Positions 52,737 to 62,636 of a stretch of DNA of 64,000 bases are shown here, in pieces; within the stretch, counting starts at the first letter, position 1; each line of letters begins with the position of its first letter. A program made the translations under genes and the position numbers. This stretch comes from Armatimonadota bacterium (GTDB lineage Bacteria; Armatimonadota; Fimbriimonadia; Fimbriimonadales; ATM1), in contig JBBIIO010000006.1 in the NCBI GenBank assembly GCA_037446435.1, positions 1,633 through 65,632 on the forward strand, in the 5' to 3' direction. The notes below the pieces were generated by a model. That model worked only from the letters and a program-made list of their open reading frames with translations. It was not told the DNA's origin and ran no database searches.

Positions 52737-53498
52737 TTATGGCACATCCAGCGCAGTTAGGATGACGGGGCCGCCCTCCGTTACCGCGATGGAGTGCTCG
52801 AAGTGGGCGGACAGCGAGCCATCTGCCGTTACGACCGTCCACTCGTCCTCCAACGTCCGCACTTTCCAGGTGCCGGCGTTGATCATCGGCTCGATGCAGA
52901 ACGTCATCCCCGCCACCAGGGCGGGGCCGGAAGAGCGCTTGCCGAAGTTCGGAATCGAGGGGTCCTCGTGCAACTTCTGCCCGATTCCGTGCCCGGTCAG
53001 GTCGCGAACGACGCTGTAGCCGTTCGACTCGACGTACTGCTGCACCGCGTGCGAGATGTGCCCAACCCGATTCCCCACTTTTGCCTGCGCGATGCCCTGG
53101 AAGAGGCTCTCGCGCGCGATGTTGAGAAGGCGCTTCGCATCCTCCGCCACTTCGCCGACCGGGTAAGTCCATGCGGCGTCGGCATGGAAGCCGTCCTTGA
53201 ACGCGCCGACGTCGAGCGACACGATGTCGCCCGGGGCAAGCACACGGTCTGGGCGAGGGATTCCATGAACCACTTCGTCGTTCACCGAGATGCACACGGC
53301 GCACGGGTAGCCTCGGTAGTTCTTGAACGACGGCGTCGCTCCGCGGTCGAGAATCAACTGCTCGCCGATGGCGTCCAACTCAGCGGTGGTCGTTTTTCCG
53401 GGAACGATTGCCTCTGCCATTGCTTGAAGCGCTTCGGCGACGACTCTTCCCGACACGCGCATTCGCTCGATGTCGCTTTCGCTCTTCGTGAGGATCAC
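52737..53498 (-). CDS. map: type I methionine aminopeptidase
   Basis: 253 aa. The GTG start overlaps the adk stop (GTGA). Metal ligands lie in [16 protein letters not shown] and EPM contexts. Confidence 0.93.
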   Translation of the reverse strand: MILTKSESDIERMRVSGRVVAEALQAMAEAIVPGKTTTAELDAIGEQLILDRGATPSFKNYRGYPCAVCISVNDEVVHGIPRPDRVLAPGDIVSLDVGAFKDGFHADAAWTYPVGEVAEDAKRLLNIARESLFQGIAQAKVGNRVGHISHAVQQYVESNGYSVVRDLTGHGIGQKLHEDPSIPNFGKRSSGPALVAGMTFCIEPMINAGTWKVRTLEDEWTVVTADGSLSAHFEHSIAVTEGGPVILTALDVP

Positions 53499-54139
53499 GA
53501 ATCAAGCACCTTCTCGATGAGCGCGTACACCTCTTCCACCTCGCCCGAGGCGTCCACATCACGCAGGAGTCCCTGCGAGCGATAGTAATCGAGAAGCGGC
53601 GCGCTGCGCTCTGCGTAAACCTGGAGTCGAGTCCGCACGGCTTCGGGGTCGTCGTCCGAGCGTATCTGCAGGCGACCGCCACACACGTCGCACGTGCCGA
53701 AGTTTCTGGGCTGGCGATTGGTCTCGTGATACGTCCCGCCGCAGTTGTTGCACGTCAGCCGACCGCTCAGTCTGTGCACTACAACCTCATCCGGCGCGGA
53801 CAAGGCAATGACGTGATCCAGCGACTTGCCGGTCGAAACGAGGTACTGATCCAGCGCCCTCGCCTGCTCGACGGTTCGCGGGAAGCCGTCGAGCAAGAAG
53901 CCTCCCACCTCGTCGGCGGCCTGAAGGTGCGTCTGCATCATGTTGATGATGATCTCGTCCGGCACGAGGTCTCCCCGATCCATGTACTCTTGGGCGAGGA
54001 GCCCGAGTTCGGTGCCTTGCTCCACCTCTTGGCGGAGGATGTCGCCCGTTGCAATCTGGCGCACGCCTTTGCGGAGTGCGATGAGTTTCGCCTGAGTCCC
54101 CTTGCCAACTCCGGGGCATCCGAGGAGGACGATCCTCAC
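53495..54139 (-). CDS. adk: adenylate kinase (Cys4 zinc lid)
   Basis: P-loop GCPGVGKGT. Lid CNNCGG...CDVCGG. Confidence 0.95.
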   Translation of the reverse strand: MRIVLLGCPGVGKGTQAKLIALRKGVRQIATGDILRQEVEQGTELGLLAQEYMDRGDLVPDEIIINMMQTHLQAADEVGGFLLDGFPRTVEQARALDQYLVSTGKSLDHVIALSAPDEVVVHRLSGRLTCNNCGGTYHETNRQPRNFGTCDVCGGRLQIRSDDDPEAVRTRLQVYAERSAPLLDYYRSQGLLRDVDASGEVEEVYALIEKVLDS

Positions 54140-54149
54140 GGCGCGCGCC

Positions 54150-55451
54150 TCACTTCACGTAGCCTCGCATCAGCAGGTTTGCTTCGATTTGCCGCATCAA
54201 GTCGAGCACCACGCTCACGATGATGAGCAGCGACGTGCCGCCGACCATCTGGACGCTCTGGATGCGCGTAATCGGCGGAATCCAATACGGCACCAGCGCA
54301 ATGAACGCGAGGAACAGTGCGCCGACCACCGTCACCCGCGTGATGACCTCGTCCAGGAACCGCTCGGTCTGCTTCCCTTGTCGCACGCCTGGAATGTACG
54401 CCCCGCTCTGCTTGAGGTTGCGAGCGATATCCTCAACGTTGTATTGAATCGCAGTCCAGAAGTAGGTGAAGAAGAAAATGAGCGCGCCGTATGCGAGTGT
54501 GCCCGTAACCCAGTGGTACCAGAACGCGCCCGGCGTCGGACTGAGGAACGCGCCGACCTCAACCCAGAAGTTGTGCCACCCCGTTCCCGGCTGGCCGAAC
54601 GAGGCGAACTGTTGCGGCAAGAAGATGAGCGCGACCGCAAAGATAATCGGAATCACGCCCGCGGCGTTCACGGGTATCGGAAGATACGACGTCTGCCCCC
54701 TCAGAACGCCAGTGCCGGTATGCCGCCGCATATGCTGGATTGTAATTCGCCTTTGCGCTTGGGTGAAGTACACGATGAGGGCTGTCACGGCGACGAAGAT
54801 GAGCAGCAGAAGCCCGACCTGCCACAACTGAACGATGCCGTTCCGCACTTCCGACACCAGCAGCTCGGTTTGGAACGGCAAGCCGACGACGATGCCGGCG
54901 AAGATCATCAGGCTGACGCCCTGTCCAATCGCCTTCTCCTGAATCTGCTCGCCGAGCCACAGCACGAATTGCGCGCCCGCGGTCCAGAACACGACGATCA
55001 TAACCTTGTCCCACATTGACAGTTCCGCCAATCCGGCTCGCAGCATGCTCATGAAGCCGATGCTTTGGAAGACGCAAAGGACGATGGTGAGCAGTTTCGT
55101 GCGCTGTGCCTGCCGCTGTCTCGCGTATTGACCGCCCTCCTGGTCCTCTCGCTTGAGCGCCGGGATGGCGACCTTCATCAACTGCATGATGATGGAGGCG
55201 GTAATGTACGGGTTCAGACCCAGCGAGAAGATGCTGAGGCGATAGATGCCTCGACCGCCGAAAAGGCCCAGCATCTGAAGCAACGGACTGTTCTTGACGA
55301 GTTCCTCGATGGTACCTGCGTCAAATCCGCGAATCGGTACGGACACTTGCAGCCCAACCGCGTAGATGCCAAAGATGGCAAAGATGAAGAGGACTCTCTG
55401 CCGGAGTTCCGGCTCATCCCAAGCCAACCGGAACGTGTCGGCGAGCCTCAC
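54150..55451 (-). CDS. secY: preprotein translocase subunit SecY
   Basis: 433 aa with 10 TM helices, in the expected position after rplO. Confidence 0.95.
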   Translation of the reverse strand: MRLADTFRLAWDEPELRQRVLFIFAIFGIYAVGLQVSVPIRGFDAGTIEELVKNSPLLQMLGLFGGRGIYRLSIFSLGLNPYITASIIMQLMKVAIPALKREDQEGGQYARQRQAQRTKLLTIVLCVFQSIGFMSMLRAGLAELSMWDKVMIVVFWTAGAQFVLWLGEQIQEKAIGQGVSLMIFAGIVVGLPFQTELLVSEVRNGIVQLWQVGLLLLIFVAVTALIVYFTQAQRRITIQHMRRHTGTGVLRGQTSYLPIPVNAAGVIPIIFAVALIFLPQQFASFGQPGTGWHNFWVEVGAFLSPTPGAFWYHWVTGTLAYGALIFFFTYFWTAIQYNVEDIARNLKQSGAYIPGVRQGKQTERFLDEVITRVTVVGALFLAFIALVPYWIPPITRIQSVQMVGGTSLLIIVSVVLDLMRQIEANLLMRGYVK

Positions 55452-55891
55452 AGACGGACGACCTCTCCTCCAGCCTTCTCAATCTTCTCGACGGCGGTAC
55501 GGCTGAACGCGTGCGCCTTCACCGTCAACTTCTTGGTCAACTCGCCGTGCCCGAGGATCTTCAATCCGTCCTTCATGTTGCCGACCAAGCCGAGTTGCCG
55601 CGCGCTCTCGGGCGTCAACTCCGCGCCGCTCTCGAGGTTCTCCTCCAACACGCCGACGTTGAGCACCGCGTACTCGATGTGATTCGGATTGCGGAAGCCC
55701 TTCTTGACCGGAAGGCGCCGGTGAATCGGAGTCTGGCCGCCTTCGAAGCGAGGGTTGATGGTGCTGCGAGACTTCTGCCCTTTCGTTCCGCGACCGGCTG
55801 TCTTGCCGATGCCGGAGCCGATACCCCGACCGACGCGCCGTTTCTTCCGCCGCGCAGCTCCGGGGCTTTTCAATTCGTGCAACTTACTCAT
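55448..55891 (-). CDS. rplO: 50S ribosomal protein L15
   Basis: 147 aa. RVGRGIGSGIGKTAGRGTKGQ. Confidence 0.95.
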   Translation of the reverse strand: MSKLHELKSPGAARRKKRRVGRGIGSGIGKTAGRGTKGQKSRSTINPRFEGGQTPIHRRLPVKKGFRNPNHIEYAVLNVGVLEENLESGAELTPESARQLGLVGNMKDGLKILGHGELTKKLTVKAHAFSRTAVEKIEKAGGEVVRL

Positions 55892-56066
55892 GGATCGCTT
55901 GGACCTCCACCATGTGGCGCACGTTGTGCAGCATCCCGCGCAACGAAGGAGAGTCTTCGTGCACGACGACTTGGTTCACCCTACGCAACCCCAGCGCTTC
56001 GATGGTTTTTCGGTTGCGCGGCTTACTGCCAATCGGACTCCGAATCAACTTGACTTGGACTTTCAT
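55884..56066 (-). CDS. rpmD: 50S ribosomal protein L30
   Basis: 60 aa. MKVQVKLIRSPIG. AAGAGG SD 6 nt upstream. Confidence 0.93.
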   Translation of the reverse strand: MKVQVKLIRSPIGSKPRNRKTIEALGLRRVNQVVVHEDSPSLRGMLHNVRHMVEVQAIHE

Positions 56067-56613
56067 TTTGAGCCTCTTCTTCTCGCACCTTCGCGAGCCA
56101 CGGCGTCACCTCTTCCGGGGTCAGCCCTCGGACGGAGGCGCGCTCTTCAGGGACCACCAACTGCTGCAAGGCGTCAATCGTCGCGTAGGCACAGTTGACC
56201 GCCGTGCGGCTACCTAACGTCTTAGCGAGCACGTCAGAGACGCCGGCGAGTTCGAGCACGACGCGAACCGCGCCGCCCGCGACGACTCCGGTACCAGGGC
56301 TGGCGGGCTTGAGCAGCACGGTCGTTGCGCCCATCTTGCCAATCGTTTGGTGTGGAATCGTTCGCCCGACGAGCGGCACGCCAATCATGTTCTTGACCGC
56401 TGCGTCTTCGCCCTTGCGGATGGCATCCGGCACACCGCGTGCCTTGCCGATGGCGACGCCGACCTTGCCGGCGTTGTCGCCGACCACAACCAGGCAGGAC
56501 CAGGACGGCGTCTTTCCGCCCTTGTGGGTCTTGCTGACGCGTCGGGTGTTGGCGACTTGCGAGTGGACACCGTTGCCCAGGTCGCGTCGCGAGCCTTGCA
56601 TTGAGAATCTCAT
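56023..56613 (-). CDS. rpsE: 30S ribosomal protein S5 with a C-terminal extension
   Basis: 196 aa from ATG 56613. VVVGDNAGKVGVAIGKARGVPDAIRKG. The reading frame runs 44 nt into rpmD. Confidence 0.9.
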   Translation of the reverse strand: MRFSMQGSRRDLGNGVHSQVANTRRVSKTHKGGKTPSWSCLVVVGDNAGKVGVAIGKARGVPDAIRKGEDAAVKNMIGVPLVGRTIPHQTIGKMGATTVLLKPASPGTGVVAGGAVRVVLELAGVSDVLAKTLGSRTAVNCAYATIDALQQLVVPEERASVRGLTPEEVTPWLAKVREEEAQNESPSQVDSESDWQ

Positions 56614-56614
56614 C

Positions 56615-56968
56615 TTAGAATCGTAGCCCTCCCTCTCGTGCGCTGTCGGCGAGTGCCGCAACACGACCGGCGTACCGATAGCCGCCTCGGTCGAACACCA
56701 CTTGAGTGATGCCCTTCTCCTTCAGCCGCTCAGCGATGCGCTTCCCGACCTCCTTCGCGCCGATGACGGCGCCGCCCCCGTTCACATCCCTTTCGAGGCT
56801 GCTGGCGTAGGCGAGCGTAACGCCCATGGCGTCGTCGATCGCCTGCACGATGATGTGGCGCAAGCTGCGATACACGCAGAGGCGTGGTCGCTCGGCGGTA
56901 CCGGCGACGCCCTTGCGCACGCGCTTGTGCCGAATCTTTCGCATCTGTTCTCGACCGTTTTGAGCCAT
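56615..56968 (-). CDS. rplR: 50S ribosomal protein L18
   Basis: 117 aa. [20 protein letters not shown] and GGYRYAGRV. Confidence 0.95.
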   Translation of the reverse strand: MAQNGREQMRKIRHKRVRKGVAGTAERPRLCVYRSLRHIIVQAIDDAMGVTLAYASSLERDVNGGGAVIGAKEVGKRIAERLKEKGITQVVFDRGGYRYAGRVAALADSAREGGLRF

Positions 56969-56969
56969 C

Positions 56970-57527
56970 TTAAGCAGTCGCCCTCTTTCCTTGCTTGAGT
57001 TTCACCACTTCGCCTTCGTATCGAATGCCCTTGCCCTTGTAGGGGTCGGGCTTGCGAATCCGTCGGATGTCGGCTGCAATCTGGCCGACCTTCTGCTTGT
57101 CAATTCCCGCGACGTAGATGCGGTTTACGCGCCCCCGCTCCTCTTGCGTCACTTCGAAGGAGATTCCATCGGGTGGCGTGATGGTTACGGGGTGGCTGAA
57201 CCCGAGGTTCAGAACCAGGTCGCGCCCCGTAACCTGAGCGCGGTATCCGACGCCGTGGATCTCGAGGCCCTTGCGGTAGCCCTCGGAGACGCCGGTAACC
57301 ATGTTCTGGATGAGCGTCCGAGCCAGGCCGTGCTGGCTTCGGTGTCGCGCCTGCTCGGTTGGCCGCTCGATGCGCACCGCACCGTCTTCGATGATCACCT
57401 TCAAATCGCCATGCACCGGCTGCGAGAGTTCGCCCTTCGGCCCCTTGACGGTTACGGAGTTGCCGTCCGACACGGTTACGGTTACGCCGCTCGGAATCGA
57501 AATCGGTTTCTGTCCAATCCGTGACAT
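56970..57527 (-). CDS. rplF: 50S ribosomal protein L6
   Basis: 185 aa from ATG 57527. [17 protein letters not shown]. Confidence 0.95.
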   Translation of the reverse strand: MSRIGQKPISIPSGVTVTVSDGNSVTVKGPKGELSQPVHGDLKVIIEDGAVRIERPTEQARHRSQHGLARTLIQNMVTGVSEGYRKGLEIHGVGYRAQVTGRDLVLNLGFSHPVTITPPDGISFEVTQEERGRVNRIYVAGIDKQKVGQIAADIRRIRKPDPYKGKGIRYEGEVVKLKQGKRATA

Positions 57528-57531
57528 TTCT

Positions 57532-57927
57532 CTACCAGACCTCGCAGATGACCTCGCCGCCAAGACGCTGCTTGCGGGCGTCTCGGTCGGTCATCACTCC
57601 CCTATTCGTCGTTAGAATCTGAGTTGCCAGGCCGCTGCGGCGCGGCGCGAGTTCGCCGGCGCTCTTGTACACCCGCAGTCCCGGCTTGCTGACGCGGCGG
57701 ATCTCGCGCAAGATCGGTCGCCGCCTGCCGTCGTATCGCAAGTGAACGCGGATCAGGCGGAACTTGGCGTCAGACGTCGCCTCGAAGTCGGAGATGAAGC
57801 CTTCGGCCTTGAGAATCTTGACGATCTCGAGTTTGAGGCTGCTGAACGGCACGTCCACGGTCGCCAGCTTTGCGTGGCAACCGTTCCGTATTCTCGTCAA
57901 AAGGTCTGCGATCGGATCGCTGTGCAT
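57532..57927 (-). CDS. rpsH: 30S ribosomal protein S8
   Basis: 131 aa from ATG 57927. DPIADLLTRIRNG. Confidence 0.95.
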   Translation of the reverse strand: MHSDPIADLLTRIRNGCHAKLATVDVPFSSLKLEIVKILKAEGFISDFEATSDAKFRLIRVHLRYDGRRRPILREIRRVSKPGLRVYKSAGELAPRRSGLATQILTTNRGVMTDRDARKQRLGGEVICEVW

Positions 57928-57932
57928 CGTTC

Positions 57933-58118
57933 TCACCAACTCGACTTTGTAACGCCGGGCAGTTTGCCCCATGACGCAAGTTCGCGCAGGCAGATCCTGC
58001 AGATGCCGAAGTATCGGAAGTAGCCCTTCGACCGCCCGCAGATGTTGCAGCGGGTATAGGACCGAACCTTGAACTTCGGCTTCCTCTTCTGTTTCGCTTT
58101 CAAGCACTCTTTCGCCAT
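57933..58118 (-). CDS. rpsN: 30S ribosomal protein S14, zinc-ribbon type Z
   Basis: 61 aa. CNICGR...CRICLR. Confidence 0.95.
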   Translation of the reverse strand: MAKECLKAKQKRKPKFKVRSYTRCNICGRSKGYFRYFGICRICLRELASWGKLPGVTKSSW

Positions 58119-58158
58119 AGTTTCCTACTCTTCGACGCAAACGGTCAGTATACCCAAA

Positions 58159-60228
58159 TCACCCATCGCTCTCCGCCTGGCGCTTCTTCTGGTACACCTG
58201 AATCAGCGCCTGTTGCTCGTTCATGGGCATCTCTTCGTAGTGAGAGAATTGCGCGCTGAACCGGCCTCGACCTTTAGTGATGGAGCGCAGGTCGAGCGCG
58301 TACTTCGCCATTGCAGCCATCGGTACCTGGGCACGGATTTGCTGTACCCCCGGGCTAACCATATCCATGCCCACCGGTCGGCCGCGCCGTGTGTTCAGAT
58401 CGCCCATCACGTCGCCTGTAAACTCTTCCGGGACGGTAATCTCCACGTTCAGGATCGGTTCGAGGATGGTAACGCCCGCCTGGTCGGCGGCGGAGCGGAA
58501 CGCGAGCGCGCCCGCCATTTTGAACGACTGCTCGCTCGAATCTACGTCGTGGTAGCTCCCGTCGTATACGGTGGCCTTGAAGTCCACAACAGGATGCCCG
58601 GAGACAAGGCCCTTGGTTACTACCTCGCGGATTCCCTTCTCGATCGCCGGGATGTAGTTCTTCGGAATCGCGCCGCCCACGATGCGGTCGCCGAACTCGA
58701 AGCCCGACCCACGAGGTAGCGGCTCCAACTCAAGCCAGCAGTCGCCGTATTGACCGCGCCCGCCGGTCTGCTTCTTGTACTTCCCTTGCGCCTTCGCCTG
58801 TCGTGTTATCGTCTCGCGATACGGGATCTGCGCCTCTTCGGTCGTAACGTTCACGCCGAACTTCTCCCGCAGTTTCTCGATGGCGACATCGAGGTGGATG
58901 TCCCCCATCCCTTCGATGATGTCCTGTGCGCTCTCGACGTTCCGGGTGTGTCGGAACGTCGGATCTTCGTCAACGATGCGCGCCACCGCTTGCCCCAACT
59001 TGTCCTCGTCAGCCTTAGTTTTCGGCACGATGGCGATGCGATAGATCGGTTCGGGAAACTCGATCGGCTCCAGAGAGCGCATCGCCTTGGCGTCGCAGAG
59101 CGAATCTCCGGTGCGGGTGTGCTGCAGTTTCGCCACGGCGCAGATATCTCCGGCGATGACTTTCGTCGTCGGCACCTGCTCTTTGCCTCGGGGGAAGAAG
59201 AGCGTGCCCATTCGCTCGCTTTCGCCTGTGCGCGCGTTCTTAACCGCGAGCTCCGGGGTCAGCGTGCCCTGCATGACACGCAGGTAGTTGATCTTGCCCA
59301 CGTACGGGTCCGCGGTCGTCTTGAACACAAAACCGAGGAACGGAGCGCTCGCGTCGGCGACGATGCTCTCTTCGCCGGCGACTTTCGCCTTCTCCGCCGG
59401 GCTTGGGATCGCGCCGACGATGCGGTCGAGCAGCAGTGTAACGCCCGCGCCGGTGGCGGCGCTTCCGCATAAGACCGGAATGACCTTGCCCGACGCAACG
59501 CCAACTTCAAGCCCGTGGATGACCTCTTCCTCGGTAAGCCGCTCGCCTTCAAGGTACTTCATCATCAGATCGTCGTCGCCCTCGGCGGCGGCGTCCATCA
59601 TGCGAGAGGCAGCGGCTTCAAGTTCCGACGCCATCTCCGCGGGCGGTTCGCTAATCTTCTCATCTTTCGCGCCGCCTTCGTGGACCTTCTTGTCCACCAG
59701 GTCGAGAACCCCTCGGAAGTTCAATTGGGCGCCGACCGGCAGCACCAGCGGCACGGCGCGAACGCCGAACCGCTCGTCAATCACCTTCATCGCGCCGCTG
59801 TAGTCCGCGTTCTCCCGCTCCATCTTGTTGATGAAGATGATCTTCGAAAGGCCGTGCTTCTCTGCGATGTCCCACGCGTTGTCGAAGCCCACCTCGAGCG
59901 CTGCCTGCGCGGGTGCGACGAGAATCATCGCCTCCACCACGCGGGCGACTCCGTACAGGTCACCGATGAAGTCCGGATATCCGGGGACATCAATGACGTT
60001 GATCTTGTGTCCCTTCCACTCGATCGGTATCACGGAAGCGTTGAGGCTAATCTTGCGCTGAATCTCCTGCTGGTCGAAGTCGGACACCGTCGTGCCCTGC
60101 TCGACGGAGCCAAGCCGGTTCGTAACGCCCGCGGCGTTGAGCATCTGCTCCACCAGCGTTGTTTTGCCGGCGCCGCCGTGACCGACGATCGCGACGTTTC
60201 GAATCTTGTCAGCGCTGTATTCGTTCAC
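58159..60228 (-). CDS. EF-G-family translational GTPase paralog (EF-G2/EF-G II-like), embedded in the spc operon
   Basis: 689 aa. G1 AIVGHGGAGKTT, G3 DVPGYPDF, G4 NKME, domain IV HDVDSSE. GTG start with an AAGGAG SD 12 nt upstream. Confidence 0.85.
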   Translation of the reverse strand: MNEYSADKIRNVAIVGHGGAGKTTLVEQMLNAAGVTNRLGSVEQGTTVSDFDQQEIQRKISLNASVIPIEWKGHKINVIDVPGYPDFIGDLYGVARVVEAMILVAPAQAALEVGFDNAWDIAEKHGLSKIIFINKMERENADYSGAMKVIDERFGVRAVPLVLPVGAQLNFRGVLDLVDKKVHEGGAKDEKISEPPAEMASELEAAASRMMDAAAEGDDDLMMKYLEGERLTEEEVIHGLEVGVASGKVIPVLCGSAATGAGVTLLLDRIVGAIPSPAEKAKVAGEESIVADASAPFLGFVFKTTADPYVGKINYLRVMQGTLTPELAVKNARTGESERMGTLFFPRGKEQVPTTKVIAGDICAVAKLQHTRTGDSLCDAKAMRSLEPIEFPEPIYRIAIVPKTKADEDKLGQAVARIVDEDPTFRHTRNVESAQDIIEGMGDIHLDVAIEKLREKFGVNVTTEEAQIPYRETITRQAKAQGKYKKQTGGRGQYGDCWLELEPLPRGSGFEFGDRIVGGAIPKNYIPAIEKGIREVVTKGLVSGHPVVDFKATVYDGSYHDVDSSEQSFKMAGALAFRSAADQAGVTILEPILNVEITVPEEFTGDVMGDLNTRRGRPVGMDMVSPGVQQIRAQVPMAAMAKYALDLRSITKGRGRFSAQFSHYEEMPMNEQQALIQVYQKKRQAESDG

Positions 60229-60247
60229 TTGGATCTATCGCTCCTTG

Positions 60248-60865
60248 CTACTTGTCCCTCAGCGGCATCCCCATCTTCTTCAGGAAGGCGCGGCCCTCGT
60301 CGTCCGACCGAGCCGACGTGCAGATGGTGATGTCCATACCTCTAATCTTATCGAATGTGTCGTAGTTGATCTCCGGGAAAACCAGTTGCTCCTTGAGGCC
60401 AAGCGAGTAGTTCCCTCTGCCATCGAACGACTTCGGGCTCAGCCCGCGGAAGTCGCGAAGGCGCGGAAGAACGATCGTTATCAGTTTGTCGAGGAAGTGA
60501 TACATCCGCTCGCCGCGGAGCGTTACCTTGCAGCCGATCTTGTATCCCTCGCGGATGCGGAAGTTCGAGATCGCCTTGCGCGCCGTAGTTATGACCGGCT
60601 TTTGACCTGTGATTGCGGTCATGTCGCGGACCGAGTTCTCAAGCGCCTTCGAGTCCGACTGCCCGGTGCCCACGCCCATGTTCACCACAATCTTAAGCAG
60701 CCGAGGCGCTTGCATCGGCGTGGTGTATCCGAACTCCTTTACCAGTTCCGGCAGCACAACCTGCTCGAAGTGGTCACGCAGGCGGCTGCGCGGAACCGGC
60801 GCAGGCTTGCCTGCGGCCGTCTGCTCCGTTGCTTCCTCTTGCGACTTCGTCTTTGTTTTCGCCAT
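60248..60865 (-). CDS. rplE: 50S ribosomal protein L5 with an N-terminal extension
   Basis: 205 aa. Core motif [16 protein letters not shown]. About 25 extra N-terminal residues rich in K/T/E. Confidence 0.95.
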   Translation of the reverse strand: MAKTKTKSQEEATEQTAAGKPAPVPRSRLRDHFEQVVLPELVKEFGYTTPMQAPRLLKIVVNMGVGTGQSDSKALENSVRDMTAITGQKPVITTARKAISNFRIREGYKIGCKVTLRGERMYHFLDKLITIVLPRLRDFRGLSPKSFDGRGNYSLGLKEQLVFPEINYDTFDKIRGMDITICTSARSDDEGRAFLKKMGMPLRDK

Positions 60866-60886
60866 AGTTCCTGTCCTTCGCTACGG

Positions 60887-61249
60887 TCAGTCTCGGTCCA
60901 CTGTCTCGCCGCTCTTCTTCGCGTAGCGCTTCAGTTTGCCTTGCTCTATCCGACGGCCGACGCGCGTGGGCTCATTGTTCATCGGGTCGACCAGCATCAC
61001 GTTGCTGATATGGATGGGGGCGGGCACGCGCATCTTCTCGCCTTGCTCGCCGACTCGCTGCGCTTTGCGATGCTTCGTTACGGCGTTGAGCGGAATCGCC
61101 TTGCCCTCTTTGTCCTTGGTGAGGCCCTCCACGACGACCTTCATCTTGTCGGGCAGGACGCGGATGACGAGCCCTCGCTCGCCCTTGTCCTTCCCCGCGA
61201 TGATCTCAACGGTATCGCCCTTCTTGATCTTCAGTTTAGGTGTCGGCAT
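60887..61249 (-). CDS. rplX: 50S ribosomal protein L24
   Basis: 120 aa. KOW motif IKKGDTVEIIAGKDKG. Confidence 0.95.
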   Translation of the reverse strand: MPTPKLKIKKGDTVEIIAGKDKGERGLVIRVLPDKMKVVVEGLTKDKEGKAIPLNAVTKHRKAQRVGEQGEKMRVPAPIHISNVMLVDPMNNEPTRVGRRIEQGKLKRYAKKSGETVDRD

Positions 61250-61252
61250 CTT

Positions 61253-61624
61253 CTAAAGCACCTCCGGCGCGAGGGAGACGATCTTCATGAACTCCTTCTC
61301 GCGCAATTCACGTGCGACGGGGCCGAAGATTCGCGTGCCGCGCGGCTCCCTGGTCTGAGGGTTGATGAGCACGCACGCGTTGTCGTCGAAGCGCAGCGTG
61401 CTGCCGTCGGCGCGCCGAATATCGCGGCGCGTGCGCACGATAACCGCACGCACCACGTCGCCCTTCTTCACCGGCATGTTCGGTGTGGCCGACTTCACCG
61501 CGCCGACGATGACGTCTCCGACTCCGCCGTAGCGTGGCTGCGAACCCTTCAGCACGCGGATGCACTGAATCTCGCGCGCCCCCGAGTTGTCGGCAACCTT
61601 CAGTCTCGAATACGCTTGAACCAT
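61253..61624 (-). CDS. rplN: 50S ribosomal protein L14
   Basis: 123 aa. [17 protein letters not shown]. Confidence 0.95.
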   Translation of the reverse strand: MVQAYSRLKVADNSGAREIQCIRVLKGSQPRYGGVGDVIVGAVKSATPNMPVKKGDVVRAVIVRTRRDIRRADGSTLRFDDNACVLINPQTREPRGTRIFGPVARELREKEFMKIVSLAPEVL

Positions 61625-61888
61625 TTACTTCGCCTTCTCGATAATTCTGCTGACCCGCCAGCGTTTCTCTTTGCTGATCGGGCGTGTCTCCATAATCTCG
61701 ACCGTGTCGCCAACGCCACAGCCGAGAGCGTCGTGCGCCTTGAATCGCTTCGCCCGCAGAACCGTCTTCTTGTAGATTGGGTGCTGTACCTGGCGAAGAA
61801 CGCGCACGACGACGGTCTTCTCCATCTTGTCGGAGACGACCAAACCTTGTCGAGCCTTTCTTCTTCCGCGCTCCTGCGTTTCGTTCAT
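61625..61888 (-). CDS. rpsQ: 30S ribosomal protein S17
   Basis: 87 aa. [16 protein letters not shown]. Confidence 0.95.
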   Translation of the reverse strand: MNETQERGRRKARQGLVVSDKMEKTVVVRVLRQVQHPIYKKTVLRAKRFKAHDALGCGVGDTVEIMETRPISKEKRWRVSRIIEKAK

Positions 61889-62097
61889 TGCTTCGCTTCC
61901 TCTCGCTTCTTCTCAGTCAGTACGGTAAGGATACGCCCGATGTTGTGGCGCGTTGTCTTCACCGCGGACGTGTCCTGCGTCTCGCGCAGCGCGAGACGGC
62001 GACGAAGGTCATACAGCGCGGCGCGCTCCTTCTCGACCATCTCCTCCAACTCGCGGCTGGTCTTCTCTCGCAGGTCTCGCGTCTTCAGAGCCTTCAT
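61885..62097 (-). CDS. rpmC: 50S ribosomal protein L29
   Basis: 70 aa. [13 protein letters not shown]. Found by position and motif. Confidence 0.93.
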   Translation of the reverse strand: MKALKTRDLREKTSRELEEMVEKERAALYDLRRRLALRETQDTSAVKTTRHNIGRILTVLTEKKREEAKQ

Positions 62098-62636
62098 TCC
62101 GTCTCCTCCGTCGTCGGCTCGGCGCTCGGCGATTCGGTCTGCTGCGCCTTGCGCTCAACGATGAACTTCGGCGGGTGCGCTTCCACGGCGGCTTCGGTCA
62201 GTCCCGAGACCTCGGCGTGATCCGGGAAGTCGTGCCGCGTTACGAACTTCACCTTGATCGGCAGTTTGTGGCTGGCACGTCGCATCGCCTCGCGCGCGAC
62301 GTCTACCGGCACGCCAGCCATCTCGAACAGGATGCGCCCGGGCTTCACCACAGCGACCCAACCTTCAGGGCTGCCCTTGCCCGAGCCCATGCGCGTCTCG
62401 GCGGGCTTCTTGGTGAACGGCTTGTCGGGGAAGACGCGAATCCACACCTTGCCGCCCCTCTTCACGTAGCGCGTCATCGCCACGCGTGCGGCTTCGATCT
62501 GCCGGTTTGTGATCCAAGCCGGCTCGAGCGCCTGAATCCCGAAGTCGCCGAAATCAATCTTCGTGCCACCCTTCGCCATTCCTTTCCTGCGGCCGCGGGC
62601 GACCTTTCTATGCTTAACTCGTTTAGGCATCAACAT
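62094..62636 (-). CDS. rplP: 50S ribosomal protein L16 with a C-terminal acidic extension
   Basis: 180 aa from ATG 62636. [11 protein letters not shown]...[12 protein letters not shown]. About 43 residues follow the conserved [10 protein letters not shown] end. Confidence 0.93.
   Translation of the reverse strand: MLMPKRVKHRKVARGRRKGMAKGGTKIDFGDFGIQALEPAWITNRQIEAARVAMTRYVKRGGKVWIRVFPDKPFTKKPAETRMGSGKGSPEGWVAVVKPGRILFEMAGVPVDVAREAMRRASHKLPIKVKFVTRHDFPDHAEVSGLTEAAVEAHPPKFIVERKAQQTESPSAEPTTEETE

Noticed and set aside
60206-62164. 652-aa plus-strand ORF across rplE-rplX-rplN-rpsQ-rpmC
   Set aside because: It is antisense to five highly conserved ribosomal protein genes. Its Arg/Leu/Ala-rich composition is typical of shadow ORFs in high-GC DNA, and it has no start signals.
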